From Macrostomum lignano (Eukaryota), in NCBI GenBank assembly GCA_002269645.1, contig NIVC01000150.1, positions 372,001-436,000 of the forward strand: a stretch of 64,000 nucleotides of DNA, in the 5' to 3' direction. Under the pieces are notes generated by a model that did not search any database, had not been told where the DNA came from, and saw only the letters and a program-made list of their open reading frames with translations. Both the position numbers and the translations under genes were made by a program. Positions 24,838-39,192 of the stretch are shown piece by piece. Each line of letters begins with the position of its first letter. The first letter of the stretch is position 1.

Positions 24838-25495
24838 ATGGACTCGCTGAATCGCTCGCTAAATGACTCGCTGAATCCACTCGCTAAATGACTCGCTAAA
24901 TGACTCTCTAAATGACTCGCTAAATGACTCGCTAAATGACTCGCTAAATGACTCACTAAATCACTCTCTAAATGACTCGCTAAATGACTCGCTGAATCAC
25001 TCGCGAAAATCACTCGCTAAATGACTCGCTAAATCACTCTCTAAATGACTCGCTGAATCACTCGCTAAATGACTCGCTGAATCACTCGCTAAATCCCTCG
25101 CTGAATCTCTCGCTAAATGACTCGCTGAATCACTCGCTGAATCACTCGCTAAATGACTCGCTGAATCTCTCGCTAAATGACTCGCTAAATCCCTCGCTGA
25201 ATCTCTCGCTAAATGACTCGCTGAATCACTCGCTAAATCCCTCGCTGAATCTCTCGCTAAATGACTCGCTAAATCACTTCCTAAATGACTCGCTGAATCA
25301 CTCGCTAAATGACTCGCTGAATCACTCGCTAAATCCCTCGCTGAATCTCTCGCTAAATGACTCGCTAAATCACTTCCTAAATGACTCGCTGAATCACTCG
25401 CTAAATGACTCGCTAAATGACTCGCTAAATGACTCGCTAAATCCCTGTCTAGATCACTCGCTAGATCCCTGTCTAGATCACTCGCTAAATCCCTT
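24838..25495. repeat. 12-bp minisatellite (CTCGCTAAATGA and variants)
   Basis: Direct inspection. Confidence 0.95.
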
Positions 25496-25663
25496 TCTTT
25501 AAAAGAACTCGTTAAAATGCTGGATAAAACTTGCTTATTGAATGCCCTTAAAAATCTTTTAAAACTCGCTTAAAAGTTTCTTTTAAACTTGTAATAAGAT
25601 TTCTGTGAATTGCAGAGCTTCTCTTATAATCAAATCGCAGCTATCGTCCATCTCCGCCGATCC

Positions 25664-28600
25664 TCAGCCAGTCTTCTCCTCATCCGTGGGCTGCTGCAGG
25701 GTCATCTCTTCATCCGGTTCGGCCGGCGGCTCCACCCGCTGGTACTCGGCGCGGCGAACAATGTACACCACCAGGATGCAGAAGATGCCAAGGACAAAGC
25801 CCAGAGTGTTGCTCAGCTTCTCCCAAGCCGGCAGTTTCGAAGCGTCGCTGTTGGAATTAAAGGGATAAAAATCCCAAATCGGATTAGACAGCCAAAAGGA
25901 ATTTGAATCATTGGGATAAATATCCCAAACCAACCAGAGATCCCGCTAGTGAGGATCAATGGGATAAATATCCCAAACCAACCAGACAAACCGCTAGTGA
26001 GGATCAATGGAAAAAATATCCCAAACCAACTAGACAACCCGCTAGTGAGGATCAATGGAAAAAATATCCCAAACCATCCAAACAACCCGCTAGTGAGGAT
26101 CAATGGGATAAATATCCCAAACCAACCAGACAAACCGCTAGTGAGGATCAATGTGATAAATATCCCAAACCAACCAGACAAACCACTAGTGAGGATCAAT
26201 GGGATAAATATCCCGAACCAACTAGACAACCCGCTGGTGAGGATCAATGGGATAAATATCCCAAACCAACTAGACAACCCGCTAGTGAGGATCAATGGGA
26301 TAAATATCCCAAACCAACTAGACAACCCGCTAGTGAGGATCAATGGAAAAAATATCCCAAACCAACTAGACAACCCGCTAGTGAGGATCAATGGAAAAAA
26401 TATCCCAAACCAACTAGACAACCCGCTAGTGAGGATCAATGGGATAAATATCCCAAACCAACTAGACAACCCGCTAGTGAGGATCAATGGAAAAAATATC
26501 CCAAACCAACTAGACAACCCGCTAGTGAGGATCAATGGAAAAAATATCCCAAACCAACTAGACAACCCGCTAGTGAGGATCAATGGGATAAATATCCCAC
26601 GAAAAAGAATGCAAGGAAAATGATCCCAACTCACTCGTGGAACGCGTTCTTCTCAGTGATGCCGGTGATGGCGGTGACGGTGGTCATGCAGAACAGGATG
26701 ACGCCCCAGTGCTGGTGAATAGGCAGGTACATCTTGCGGTAGCTCTGCGGAGTCTGCGGCAGCAGGAAGTGGATCAAGCCGCCGACCCACTGCAGGCAGA
26801 ACAGCAGGACGCAGGTGAGGCCCAGCCAGGAGTGCAGACTCCACATGTTCGGCTTGGGGGGCTTGCTCAGGTTATGCGAGTCGAAGACGGCCTTCAGGCC
26901 AACGATGGCAAAAATGAGGGCCAAGATGTGCAACGAGGCGTGGATGACCTTGACGCGGAACTTCTTGACGCTGCGGAACACGCGGTAGACTAGGATTCCT
27001 GCGGGGATGGAGTGCCATGGGGATAATTGGGGATGGAGTGCCATGGGGATTATTAGGGATGGAGTGCCATGGGGATTATTGGGGATGGATAGAGTGCCAT
27101 GGGGATTATTGGGGATAGAGTGCCATGGGGATCATTGGGGATGAGTGCCATGGGGATTATTGGGGATGGAGTGCCATGGGGATTATTGGGGATGGATAGA
27201 GTGCCATGGGGATTATTGGGGATGGAGTGCCATGGTGATCATTGGGGATGGAGTGACCTGGGGATCATTGGGGATGGAGTGCCATGGGGATCATTGGGGA
27301 TGGAGTGCCATGGGGATTATTGGGGATGGAGTGCCATGGGGATCATTGGGGATGGAGTGCCATGGGGATTATTGGGGATGGATAGAGTGCCATGGGGATT
27401 ATTGGGGATGGATAGAGTGCCATGGGGATTATTGGGGATAGAGTGCCATGGGGATTATTGGGGATAGAGTGCCATGGGGATTATTGGGGATAGAGTGCCA
27501 TGGGGATTATTGGGGATGGAGTGCCATGGGGATTATTAGGGATGGAGTGCCATGGGGATTATTGGGGATGGAGTGCCATGGGGATTATTGGGAATGGAGT
27601 GCCATGGGGATTATTGGGAATGGAGTGCCATGGGGATTATTGGGGATGGAGTGACCTGGGGATTATTGGGAATGGAGTGACTTGGGGATTATTGGGGATG
27701 GAGTGACCTGGGGATTATTGGGGATGGAGTGCCATGGGATTATTGGGGATGGAGTGCCATGGGGATTATTGGGGATAGAGTGCCATGGGGATTATTGGGG
27801 ATGGAGTGCCATGGGGATTATTGGGGATGGATAGAGTGCCATGGGGATTATTGGGGATGGAGTGCCATGGGGATTATTGGGGATGGAGTGCCAAGGGGAT
27901 TATTGGGGATGGAGTGCCATGGGGATTATTGGGGATGGAGTGCCATGGGGATTATTGGGGATGGAGTGCCCTGGGGATTATTGGGAATGGAGTGCCATCG
28001 GGATTATTGGGATGGATAGAGTGCCATGGGGATTATGGGGGATGGATAGAGTGCCATGGGGATTATTGGGGATAGAGTGCCATGGGGATTATTGGGGATG
28101 GAGTGCCATGTGGATTATTGGGGATGGAGTGCCATGGAGATTATTGGGGATGAGTGCCATGGGGATCATTGGGGATGGATTCCAGAAATGCAGAGGTCCC
28201 CAGCTCCCCGCCAAGTGCCCAAGCCTCACCGTCAGCATAGAGAAACACCAGCCCGATCACCATGAACAACGGGTGGAAGTTGAACACTCTCTCGGGCACC
28301 CAGCTGAAGCCGCCGTGGTAGACGGACATCCACACCGCAGTGAGGATCACGGCTAGAAGGCCGACCGCCTGAGGAAAATGTTGGATGGGAGATTTGAGGT
28401 GATGCTTTGCTGCCGTAGTGCTTCCGGCTGGCTGACTGAGATTGGGATATTTCTGGGACTGCGGATGGGATAAGGAATGTGCAATTTCATATGAGCTGGT
28501 TTAGTGGTGTGGGATCTGAGATGGTATGGGATTTGATATGGTGTGGGATCTGATATGGGATCTGATATGGCATGGGATCTGATGTGGGATCTGATATCGT

Positions 28601-28988
28601 GGGGGATCTGATATGGCATGGGATCTGGTTTTGGGATTGAGGCAGAAGCTGGCTTGGGATCTGGCTAAGGAACTGATAATTAAAGACGGATCAGGAACGG
28701 GGAGCCTGAGAGGCAGCCGTCTCACTGGATACTGTAACCTCATTTCACGCTGTGCTGCCGGTGCTTCAAAAAAGCAATCTAAGCTGGTTGATTTTTCAAG
28801 CTTAACCGAAAAAATCAAATCACTTTATAATCCAAAAAAGCAAAAAAAATTTGCATTCAAAACAGAAGTTCAATGCTTCACATTACCTGAGCAATCAGCA
28901 CCCAGATGGTGAACATCTTCATCGATGGCTCTCCGGTGTTGCTGCTACCGCCAGAGGCGCCCGGGTGGTCAAGATTCTCGTAGGGCAT
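25664..28988 (-). CDS. CYB561: Cytochrome b561 family ascorbate-dependent transmembrane reductase (CYB561/CYBRD1/CYB561A3-like), 262 aa
   Basis: Exons 28988-28887, 28368-28230, 26998-26635 and 25847-25664 with phases 0/1/2 all consistent. Motifs FNFHPLFM, GILVYRVFR, KVIHASLH, NMWSLHSWLG and LPIHQHWG provide the four heme His and the ascorbate-binding motifs. Exact orthologue not resolved. Confidence 0.93.
25905..26600. repeat. 48-bp minisatellite in cytochrome b561 intron 3
   Basis: Unit GATAAATATCCCAAACCAACTAGACAACCCGCTAGTGAGGATCAATGG, about 14 copies. Confidence 0.95.
27003..28180. repeat. ~26-bp minisatellite in cytochrome b561 intron 2
   Basis: Unit GGAGTGCCATGGGGATTATTGGGGAT with optional GGAT/AGA insertions. 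It fills nearly the whole intron. Confidence 0.95.
28500..28630. repeat. Degenerate ~12-bp repeat (GGGATCTGATAT) in cytochrome b561 intron 1
   Basis: Direct inspection. Confidence 0.7.
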
Positions 28989-29849
28989 CGCGGCTTGAAC
29001 GGAGAAGAATAATGGGGATTATGGTGATATCTGAGGATAACCTGGCTGTGTCTGCTGCCTGAGTATGGATGCAGCTCACACTCGCCTCTTCAAACTCCAA
29101 GAATGCTAAGCTGCAGCACGCCTCTTCCGTGCTAAAAAAAGAGACAGACAGGGGGAAGACAGAGAGGAGAGGAGAGGAGAGGAGACACTGTATGTAAGGG
29201 CCTGATGTCAGTGTACAGCTGCACCAGCCTCTCTCCTTCATCATTAGGAGAGAGGAGAAGAAAAGGTCAGTCGATTTCTCCGCCTCGTCTCCCACTCTCT
29301 CCACCCCCGCAGTTGCTATGCCGACCAATGCCAGGAACGACCGAGCGAGCAGAGAAGAGGAATATGGAGAAGGGGGGAGAGGCTGAGAGTGCAATTCTGA
29401 CGCGAGGAGAGCTCAGCCTCCAGTCTCTCTCTCCGCATTCGCTCTTTCCATCCTAAAAAAATCCCAAATCCCAGATAGGCTGCAGGATTGAGGTCAGTTC
29501 TGCTTCTGGGAGAGAGGTTGCAGAAATTTCAGCCAATGTCGGAAAAAAGAAAGAATAATTAGCACAGCCGAAAGAAGACTTGCTGCCAGTGGCAGGTTGT
29601 ATCAAACTCTGCATCTGGCCACAGTGGGTTTCCCTCAAGGCCTGTCCGTTTTCCACAGGAAATCAATGTAGAGTGAAGAGATGAAGTCAGGAGACTGCAG
29701 GGGAGGGGCTGAAAGTGGGAATAATTGATGGGGATTCAATGCTTAGATGTGCTGGGGTGGCGCGTGAAAGTCAGATGTCGTTCACGTGATATCTGCAGTT
29801 ATTATTCACAGAGTAGCCATTCACACGATACAACTTGATAACCATTCAA

Positions 29850-32800
29850 TGGATATTTTATGGTCATTCACTGGATATTGGATGGTCATTCACTGGATAT
29901 TGGATGGTCATTCACTGGATATTGGATGGTCATTCACTGGATATTGGATGGTCATTCACTGGATATTGGATGGTCATTCACTGGATATTGGATGGTCATT
30001 CACTGGATATTGGACGGTCATTCACAGGATATTTGATAGTCATTCACAGGATATTTAATAGTCATTCACAGGATATTTGATAGTCATTCACAGGATATTT
30101 GATAGTCATTCACAGGATATTTGATAGTCATTCACAGGGTATTTGATAGTCATTCACAGGATATTTGATAGTCATTCACAGGATATTTGATAGTCATTCA
30201 CAGGGTATTTGATAGTCATTCACAGGATATTTGATAGACATTCACAGGATATTTGATAGTCATTCACAGGATATTTGATAATTATTAACAGGATATTTGA
30301 TAGTCATACACTGGATATTGAATAGTCATTCACAGGGTATTTGATAGTCATTCACAGGATATTTGATAGTCATTCACAGGATATTTGATAGTCATTCACA
30401 GGATATTTGATAGTCATTCACAGGATATTTGATAATCATTAACAGGATATTTGATAGTCATACACTGGATATTGAATAGTCATTCACAGGGTATTTGATA
30501 GTCATACACTGGATATTGAATAGTCATTCACAGGGTATTTGATAGTCATACACTGGATATTGAATAGTCATTCACAGGGTATTTGATAGTCATTCACAGG
30601 ATATTTGATAGTCATTAACAGGATATTTGATAGTCATTCACAGGATATTTGATAGTCATTCACAGGGTATTTGATAGTCATTCACAGGATATTTGATAGA
30701 CATTCACAGGATATTTGATAGTCATTCACAGGATATTTGATAATCATTAACAGGATATTTGATAGTCATACACTGGATATTGAATCGTCATTCACAGGGT
30801 ATTTGATAGTCATTCACAGGATATTTGATAGTCATTCACAGGATATTTGATAGTCATACACTGGATATTGAATAGTCATTCACAGGGTATTTGATAGTCA
30901 TTCACTGGATATTTGATAGTCATTCACAGGATATTTGATAGTCATTCACAGGATATTTGATAGTCATTCACAGGATATTTGATAATAATTAACAGGATAT
31001 TTGATAGTCATACACTGGATATTGAATAGTCATTCACAGGATATTTGATAGTCATTCACAGGATATTTGATAGTCATTCACAGGACATTTGATAGTCATT
31101 CACAGGATATTTGATAGTCATTCACAGGATATTTGATAATCATTAACAGGATATTTGATAGTCATACACTGGATATTGAATAGTCATTCACAGGGTATTT
31201 GATAGTCATACACTGGATATTGAATAGTCATTCACAGGGTATTTGATAGTCATACACTGGATATTGAATAGTCATTCACAGGGTATTTGATAGTCATTCA
31301 CTGGATATTTGATAGTCATTAACAGGATATTTGATAGTCATTCACAGGATATTTGATAGTCATTCACAGGGTATTTGATAGTCATTCACAGGATATTTGA
31401 TAGACATTCACAGGATATTTGATAGTCATTCACAGGATATTTGATAATCATTAACAGGATATTTGATAGTCATACACTGGATATTGAATAGTCATTCACA
31501 GGGTATTTGATAGTCATTCACAGGATATTTGATAGTCATTCACAGGATATTTGATAGTCATTCACAGGATATTTGATAATCATTAACAGGATATTTGATA
31601 GTCATACACTGGATATTGAATAGTCATTCACAGGGTATTTGATAGTCATTCACAGGATATTTGATAGTCATTCACAGGATATTTGATAATCATTAACAGG
31701 ATATTTGATAGTCATACACTGGATATTGAATAGTCATTCACAGGGTATTTGATAGTCATTCACAGGGTATTTGATAGTCATTCACAGGATATTTGATAGT
31801 CATTCACAGGATATTTGATAGTCATTCACAGGATATTTGATCATCATTAACAGGATATTTGATAGTCATACACTGGATATTGAATAGTCATTCACAGGGT
31901 ATTTGATAGTCATACACTGGATATTGAATAGTCATTCACAGGGTATTTGATAGTCATTCACAGGATATTTGATAGTCATTAACAGGATATTTGATAGTCA
32001 TTCACAGGATATTTGATAGTCATTCACAGGGTATTTGATAGTCATTCACAGGATATTTGATAGACATTCACAGGATATTTGATAGTCATTCACAGGATAT
32101 TTAATAATCATTAACAGGATATTTGATAGTCATACACTGGATATTGAATAGTCATTCACAGGGTATTTGATAGTCATTCACAGGATATTTGATAGTCATT
32201 CACAGGATATTTGATAGTCATTCACAGGATATTTGATAATCATTAACAGGATATTTGATAGTCATACACTGGATATTGAATAGTCATTCACAGGGTATTT
32301 GATAGTCATTCACTGGATATTTGATAGTCATTCACAGGATATTTGATAGTCATTCACAGGATATTTGATAGTCATTCACAGGATATTTGATAATAATTAA
32401 CAGGATATTTGATAGTCATACACTGGATATTGAATAGTCATTCACAGGATATTTGATAGTCATTCACAGGATATTTGATAGTCATTCACAGGACATTTGA
32501 TAGTCATTCACAGGATATTTGATAGTCATTCACAGAATATTTGATAGTCATTCACAGGATATTTGATAATCATTAACAGGATATTTGATAGTCATACACT
32601 GGATATTGAATAGTCATTCACAGGGTATTTGATAGTCATTCACTGGATATTTGATAATCATTCACAGGATATTTGATAGTCATTCACAGGATATTTGATT
32701 GTCATTCACAGAATATTTGATAGTCATTCACAGGATATTTGATAGTCATTCACAGAATATTTGATAGTCATTCACAGGGTATTTGATAGTCATTCACTGG

Positions 32801-33548
32801 ATATTTGATAATCATTCACAGGATATTTGATAGTCATTCACAGGATATTTGATAGTCATTAACAGGATATTTGATAGTCATACACTGGATATTGAATAGT
32901 CATTCACAGGGTATTTGATAGTCATTCACTGGATATTGAATGGTAATTCACAGGATATTTGATGGTCATTTACTGGATATTTGATAGTCATTCACTGGGT
33001 ATTTGATGGTCATTCACAAGATATTTGATGGTCATTCAATGGATATTTGATAGTCATTCACTGGATATTTGATAGTCATTCACAGGATATTTGATAGTCA
33101 TTCACTGGATATTGAATGGTCATTCACAGGATATTTGATAGTCATTCTCAGGATATTTGATAGTCATTCACTGGGTATTTGATAATCATTAACCGGATAT
33201 TTGATAGTCATTCACTGGATATTGAATGGTCATTCACAGGATATTTGATGGTCATTCACTGGATATTTGATGGTCATTTACTGGATATTTGATAGTCATT
33301 CACTGGGTATTTGATGGTCATTCACAAGATATTTGATGGTCATTCACAGGATATTTAATATTCATTCACTGGATATTTGATAGTCATTCACAGGATATTT
33401 GATGGTCATTCACTGGGTATTTGATAGTCATTCACTGGATATTTGACGGTCATTCACTGGATATTGGATGGTCATTCACTGGATATTTGATAGTCATTCA
33501 CATGGTATTTCATAGTCATTCACAGGGTATTTGATAGTCATTCACTGG
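29850..33548. repeat. 3.7-kb 22-bp satellite (GGATATTTGATAGTCATTCACA) with higher-order structure
   Basis: Period 22 throughout. A variant block ...ATAATCATTAAC...CATACACTGGATATTGAA...CACAGGGT recurs many times. Confidence 0.97.
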
Positions 33549-33549
33549 G

Positions 33550-35190
33550 TCAGCAACCTCAGCAACTGAGGATCTGGGAGGCTGGCCCAGCAACTGAGGA
33601 TCTCGGAGACTGGCATAGCAACTGATGATCTGGGAGGCTGGGATAGCAACTGAGGATCTGGCATAGCAACTGAGGATTTGGGAGGCTAGCCCAACAACTG
33701 AGGATCTGAGAGGCTGGCCCAGCAACTGAGGATCTGAGAGGCTGGCCCAGCAACTGAGGATTTTGAAGGCTGGCCCAGCAACTGAGGATCTGGGAGGCTG
33801 GCCTAGCAACTGAGGATCTAGAAGGCTGGCCCAGCAACTGAGGATCTGGGAGGCTGGCCCAACAACTGAGGATCTGAGAGGCTGGCCCAGCAACTGAGGA
33901 TCTGAGAGGCTGGCCCAGCAACTGAGGATCTGGGAGGCTGGCCCAGCAACTGAGGATCTGAGAGGCTGGCCCAGCAACTGAGGATCTGAGAGGCTGGCCC
34001 AGCAACTGAGGATCTGAGAGGCTGGCCCAGCAACTGAGGATCTAGAAGGCAAGCCTAACAACTGAGGATCTGAGAGGCTGGCCCAGCAACTGAGGATCTG
34101 AGAGGCTGGCCCAGCAACTGAGGATCTAGAAGGCTGGCCCAGCAACTGAGGATCTGGGAGGCTGGCCTAGCAACTGAGGATCTGGGAGGCTGGTCCAGCA
34201 ACTGAGGATCTGAGAGGCTGGCCCAGCAACTGAGGATCTGGGAGTCTGGCCCAGCAATTGAGGATCTGAGAGGCTGGCCCAGCAACTGAGGATCTGGGAG
34301 GCTGGGATAGCAACTCAGGATTTGGGAGGCTGGCACAGCAACTGAGGATCTAGAAGGCTGGCCCAGCAACTGAGGATCCGGGAGGCTGGCCTAGCAACTG
34401 AGGATCTGAGAGGCTGGCATAGCAACTCAGGATTTGGGAGTCTGGCCCAGCAACTGAGGATCTGGGAGGCTGGCCCAGCAACTGAGGATCTAGAAGGCAA
34501 GCCTAACAACTGAGGATCTGAGAGGCTGGCCCAGCAACTGAGGATCTGGGAGGCTGGCCCAGCAACTGAGGATCTAGAAGGCTGGCCCAGCAACTGAGGA
34601 TCTGGGAGGCTGGCCCAGCAACTGAGGATCTAGAAGGCAAGCCTAACAACTGGGGATCTGAGAGGCTGGCCCAGCAACTGAGGATCTAGAAGGCTGGCCC
34701 AGCAACTGAGGATCTGGGAGGCTGGCCTAGCAACTGAGGATCTGGGAGGCTGGCCCAGCAACTGAGGATCTGAGAGGCTGGCCCAGCAACTGAGGATCTG
34801 GGAGTCTGGCCCAGCAATTGAGGATCTGAGAGGCTGGCCCAGCAACTGAGGATCTGGGAGGCTGGGATAGCAACTCAGGATTTGGGAGGCTGGCACAGCA
34901 ACTGAGGATCTAGAAGGCTGGCCCAGCAACTGAGGATCCGGGAGGCTAGCCCAGCAACTGAGGATCTGAGAGGCTGGCCCATCAACTGAGGATCCGGGAG
35001 GCTGGCCTAGCAACTGAGGATCTGAGAGGCTGGCCCAGCAACTGAGGATCTGAGAGGCTGGCCCAGCAACTGAGGATCTGGGAGGCTGGCCCAGCAACTG
35101 AGGATCTGAGAGGCTGGCCAAGCGACTGAGGATCTGGGAGGCTGGCCTAGCAACTGAGGATCTGGGAGGCTGGGCCAGCAACTGAGGATC
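33550..35190. repeat. 28-bp minisatellite (CAGCAACTGAGGATCTG[A/G]GAGGCTGGCC)
   Basis: Period 28; it abuts the 22-bp satellite directly. Confidence 0.97.
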
Positions 35191-35664
35191 CAAGGGGCAG
35201 TGCAATGTAAGTCCCTATGCTTAGAATTTTTAAGCTAATCACCCTAAGCAAATTGAAGAGTGACAGCAGATGTCACAGGTGAGCCAATTAGACATGTAAA
35301 ACAGCGACAGCAAAGACGCAGTCAGTAATGTATTTATTCATTAAATTTAAACCCAGGAACAAAATGAAAAAAACACACAAAATCTTCATCATCTTTCTGG
35401 CATGATAGAGATTTTTCTCAGTCAACAAAAGTCTATGGATATGACGGTTGGGGAAAGATTGGATATTAAACAGGAAAATTTCTAATCTCTGATCGAGTTG
35501 CCAGGAAAAACTGAAGGTAAAAAAATCATGATAAAATCCATCAGCCTGCACAACGGCTTGCCAAAGGCTAAAGATTTTCAAACAGACTAAAAAACAATGA
35601 AAAACAACACGATTGTTTTGTGGAATTCTCTTGATAGCAGAAATTAGTCCATTTCTAATAGACC

Positions 35665-36350
35665 ACATTAGCAATCCATTCTATTCCTTCATCGGTGATG
35701 CTGGCTAGATTAGCAATCCATTCTATTCCTTCATCAGTGATGCTGGCTGGATTAGCAATCCATTCTATTCCTTCATCAGTGATGCTGGCTAGATTAGCAA
35801 TCCATTCTATTCCTTCATCAGTGATGCTGGCTAGATTAGCAATCCATTCTATTCCTTCATCAGTGATGCTGGCTAGATTAGCAATCCATTCTATTCCTTC
35901 ATCAGTGATGTTGGCTAGATTAGCAATCCATTCTATTCCTTCATCAGTGATGTTGGCTAGATTAGCAATCCATTCTATTCCTTCATCAGTGATGCTGGCT
36001 AGATTAGCAATCCATTCTATTCCTTCATCAGTGATGTTGGCTAGATTAGCAATCCATTCTATTCCTTCATCAGTGATGCTGGCTAGATTAGCAATCCATT
36101 CTATTCCTTCATCAGTGATGCTGGCTAGATTAGCAATCCATTCTATTCCTTCATCAGTGATGTTGGCTAGATTAGCAATCCATTCTATTCCTTCATCAGT
36201 GATGTTGGCTAGATTAGCAATCCATTCTATTCCTTCATCGGTGATGCTGGCTAGATTAGCAATCCATTCTATTCCTTCATCAGTGATGCTGGCTGGATTA
36301 GCAATCCATTCTATTCCTTCATCAGTGATGCTGGCTGGATTAGCAATCCA
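35665..36350. repeat. 42-bp minisatellite (TTAGCAATCCATTCTATTCCTTCATCAGTGATGCTGGCTAGA)
   Basis: About 16 near-identical copies. The same unit occurs in the opposite orientation at 48085-48752. Confidence 0.97.
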
Positions 36351-36914
36351 TTCCAACACACAGTCATGCAGTTTCCCAAAGTTTACAAAAGCATTAACAT
36401 TCACAAATGAATTCAGCAATACTTCAAAGCGGTAAATAAAATGATACTAAGCTTAACTATTTGCACAAGTCTCCAATCGAATGCCTCTTCAGAGAAGAGA
36501 ATTAGCAGTGTAAAACAGAAGTCGTAATCTAAAAAATAGGCCACACTAAACAACTAATCACAATTTAGATTAACACAGATTTAACCGTTTTAAAATCAGA
36601 ACAGAAATCCAGGTACAGACAGGAGAAACAGCACGGCAACACCTTGATAACCGCTGTGGCACATTGAGAAGTAAAACTGTGAAAACCGAATGTCATTATC
36701 GTGATTGATCACTTTCCAAGTAATGAGCAACAGAGTCGAATGTTTCGTAAGGAGATAAAAAAGGAAAAAGATACAAAAACTACAAAGGAATGCAGGACTT
36801 CTTCTGGCTTGCAGAAGAAGCTGGGCGGTCTCTGATGCAGCAGCATGGGTTCTAGTCTGAACCTGCTTGCTTTAAACAGTCCTAGGATGAGACAGGCAAA
36901 GGTAAGGTTTGTGG

Positions 36915-37080
36915 CGATTTTTCAGTTTGCTTTAAGCGATTTGTCGGGTTGTTTCAGGGCGATTTTTCAAATTGCGTTGGGGCGATTTTTCAGGTTGCTT
37001 TGGGGCGATTTTTCAGGTTGCTTTGGGGCGATTTTTCAGGTTGCTTTGGGGCGATTTTTCAGGTTGTTTTGGGGCGACTT
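36915..37080. repeat. 23-bp repeat (GGGGCGATTTTTCAGGTTGCTTT)
   Basis: About 6 degenerate copies. Confidence 0.8.
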
Positions 37081-37329
37081 TTTAAAAGGATTCAAGGCAA
37101 TTTTGATGGAGAGGGGAATTACTTACGAGGGCTTGGGGCATTTACTGAAGAGCTTCTGCAAAGGCTTTTTTCTGCACAACAAGTGCAGAAAGACTTAAAC
37201 ATGGTACTAAGTACAAACATTAGAGATGAGAAGCAAAGGCCAACTTTAAAATGAACAGTATAAAAACTGACTCAGGAATGAACTCGTATTTTACTTTGCA
37301 GAGACCAAAGCGATCAGCCCAACTAAAAT

Positions 37330-39170
37330 ATCAATCAATCAATCCAATCAAACTAATCAACCTGTCAATCAATCAATGAATCAATGCAATAAAACTAGTC
37401 AACCTGTCAATCAATCAATTCAATCAAACTAATCAACCTGTCAATCAATCAATTCAATCAAACTAATCAACCTGTCAATCAATCAATTCAATCAAACTAA
37501 TCAACCTGTCAATCAATCAATCCAATCAAACTAATCAACCTGTCAATCAATCAATCAATTCAATCAAACTAATCAACCTGTCAATCAATCAATCAATTCA
37601 ATCAAACTAATCAACCTGTCAATCAATCAATTTAATCAAACTAATCAACCTGTCAATCAATCAATCCAATCAAACTAATCAACCTGTCAATCAATCAATT
37701 CAATCAAACTAATCAACCTGTCAATCAATCAATTCAATCAAACTAATCAACCTGTCAATCAATCAATCCAATCAAACTAATCAACCTGTCAATCAATCAA
37801 TCAATCCAATCAAACTAATTAACCTGTCAATCAATCAATCCAATCAAACTAATCAACCTGTCAATCAATCAATCAATTTAATCAAACTAATCAACCTGTC
37901 AATCAATCAATCCAATCAAACTAATCAACCTGTCAATCAATCAATTCAATCAAACTAATCAACCTGTCAATCAATCAATTCAATCAAACTAATCAACCTG
38001 TCAATCAATCAATCCAATCAAACTAATCAACCTGTCAATCAATCAATTCAATCAAACTAATCAACCTGTCAATCAATCAATCCAATCAAACTAATCAACC
38101 TGTCAATCAATCAATCAATTCAATCAAACTAATCAACCTGTCAATCAATCAATCAATTCAATCAAACTAATCAACCTGTCAATCAATCAATTTAATCAAA
38201 CTAATCAACCTGTCAATCAATCAATCCAATCAAACTAATCAACCTGTCAATCAATCAATCAATTCAATCAAACTAATCAACCTGTCAATCAATCAATTCA
38301 ATCAAACTAATCAACCTGTCAATCAATCAATCCAATCAAACTAATCAACCTGTCAATCAATCAATCAATCCAATCAAACTAATCAACCTGTCAATCAATC
38401 AATCCAATCAAACTAATCAACCTGTCAATCAATCAATCAATTCAATCAAACTAATCAACCTGTCAATCAATCAATCAATTCAATCAAACTAATCAACCTG
38501 TCAATTAATCAATTTAATCAAACTAATCAACCTGTCAATCAATCAATCCAATCAAACTAATCAACCTGTCAATCAATCAATTCAATCAAACTAATCAACC
38601 TGTCAATCAATCAATTCAATCAAACTAATCAACCTGTCAATCAATCAATCCAATCAAACTAATCAACCTGTCAATCAATCAATTCAATCAAACTAATCAA
38701 CCTGTCAATCAATCAATCCAATCAAACTAATCAACCTGTCAATCAATCAATCAATTCAATCAAACTAATCAACCTGTCAATCAATCAATCAATTCAATCA
38801 AACTAATCAACCTGTCAATCAATCAATCAATTCAATCAAACTAATCAACCTGTCAATAAATCAATCAATTCAATCAAACTAATCAACCTGTCAATCAATC
38901 AATCCAATCAAACTAATCAACCTGTCAATCAATCAATCCAATCAAACAAATCAACCTGTCAATCGATCAATCCAATCAAACTAATCAACCTGTCAATCAA
39001 TCAATTCAATCAAACTAATCAACCTGTCAATCAATCAATCCAATCAAACAAATCAACCTGTCAATCGATCAATCCAATCAAACTAATCAACCTGTCAATC
39101 AATCAATTCAATCAAACTAATCAACCTGTCAATCAATCAATTCAATCAAACTAATCAACCTGTCAATCAA
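37330..39170. repeat. ~34-42-bp minisatellite (ATCAAACTAATCAACCTGTC followed by (AATC)n AATTCA)
   Basis: A fixed core plus a variable (AATC)n microsatellite. It ends about 20 bp from the GALNT stop codon. Confidence 0.95.
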
Positions 39171-39192
39171 TACAACAGCAGACAAATAAAGC

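Noticed and set aside
36818-37330. Possible plus-strand spliced exons (AAG|GTAAGG at 36901, TTGCAG at ~37300)
   Set aside because: Junctions can be made in frame but the peptide is unrecognisable and runs into a satellite. It cannot be supported without RNA data.
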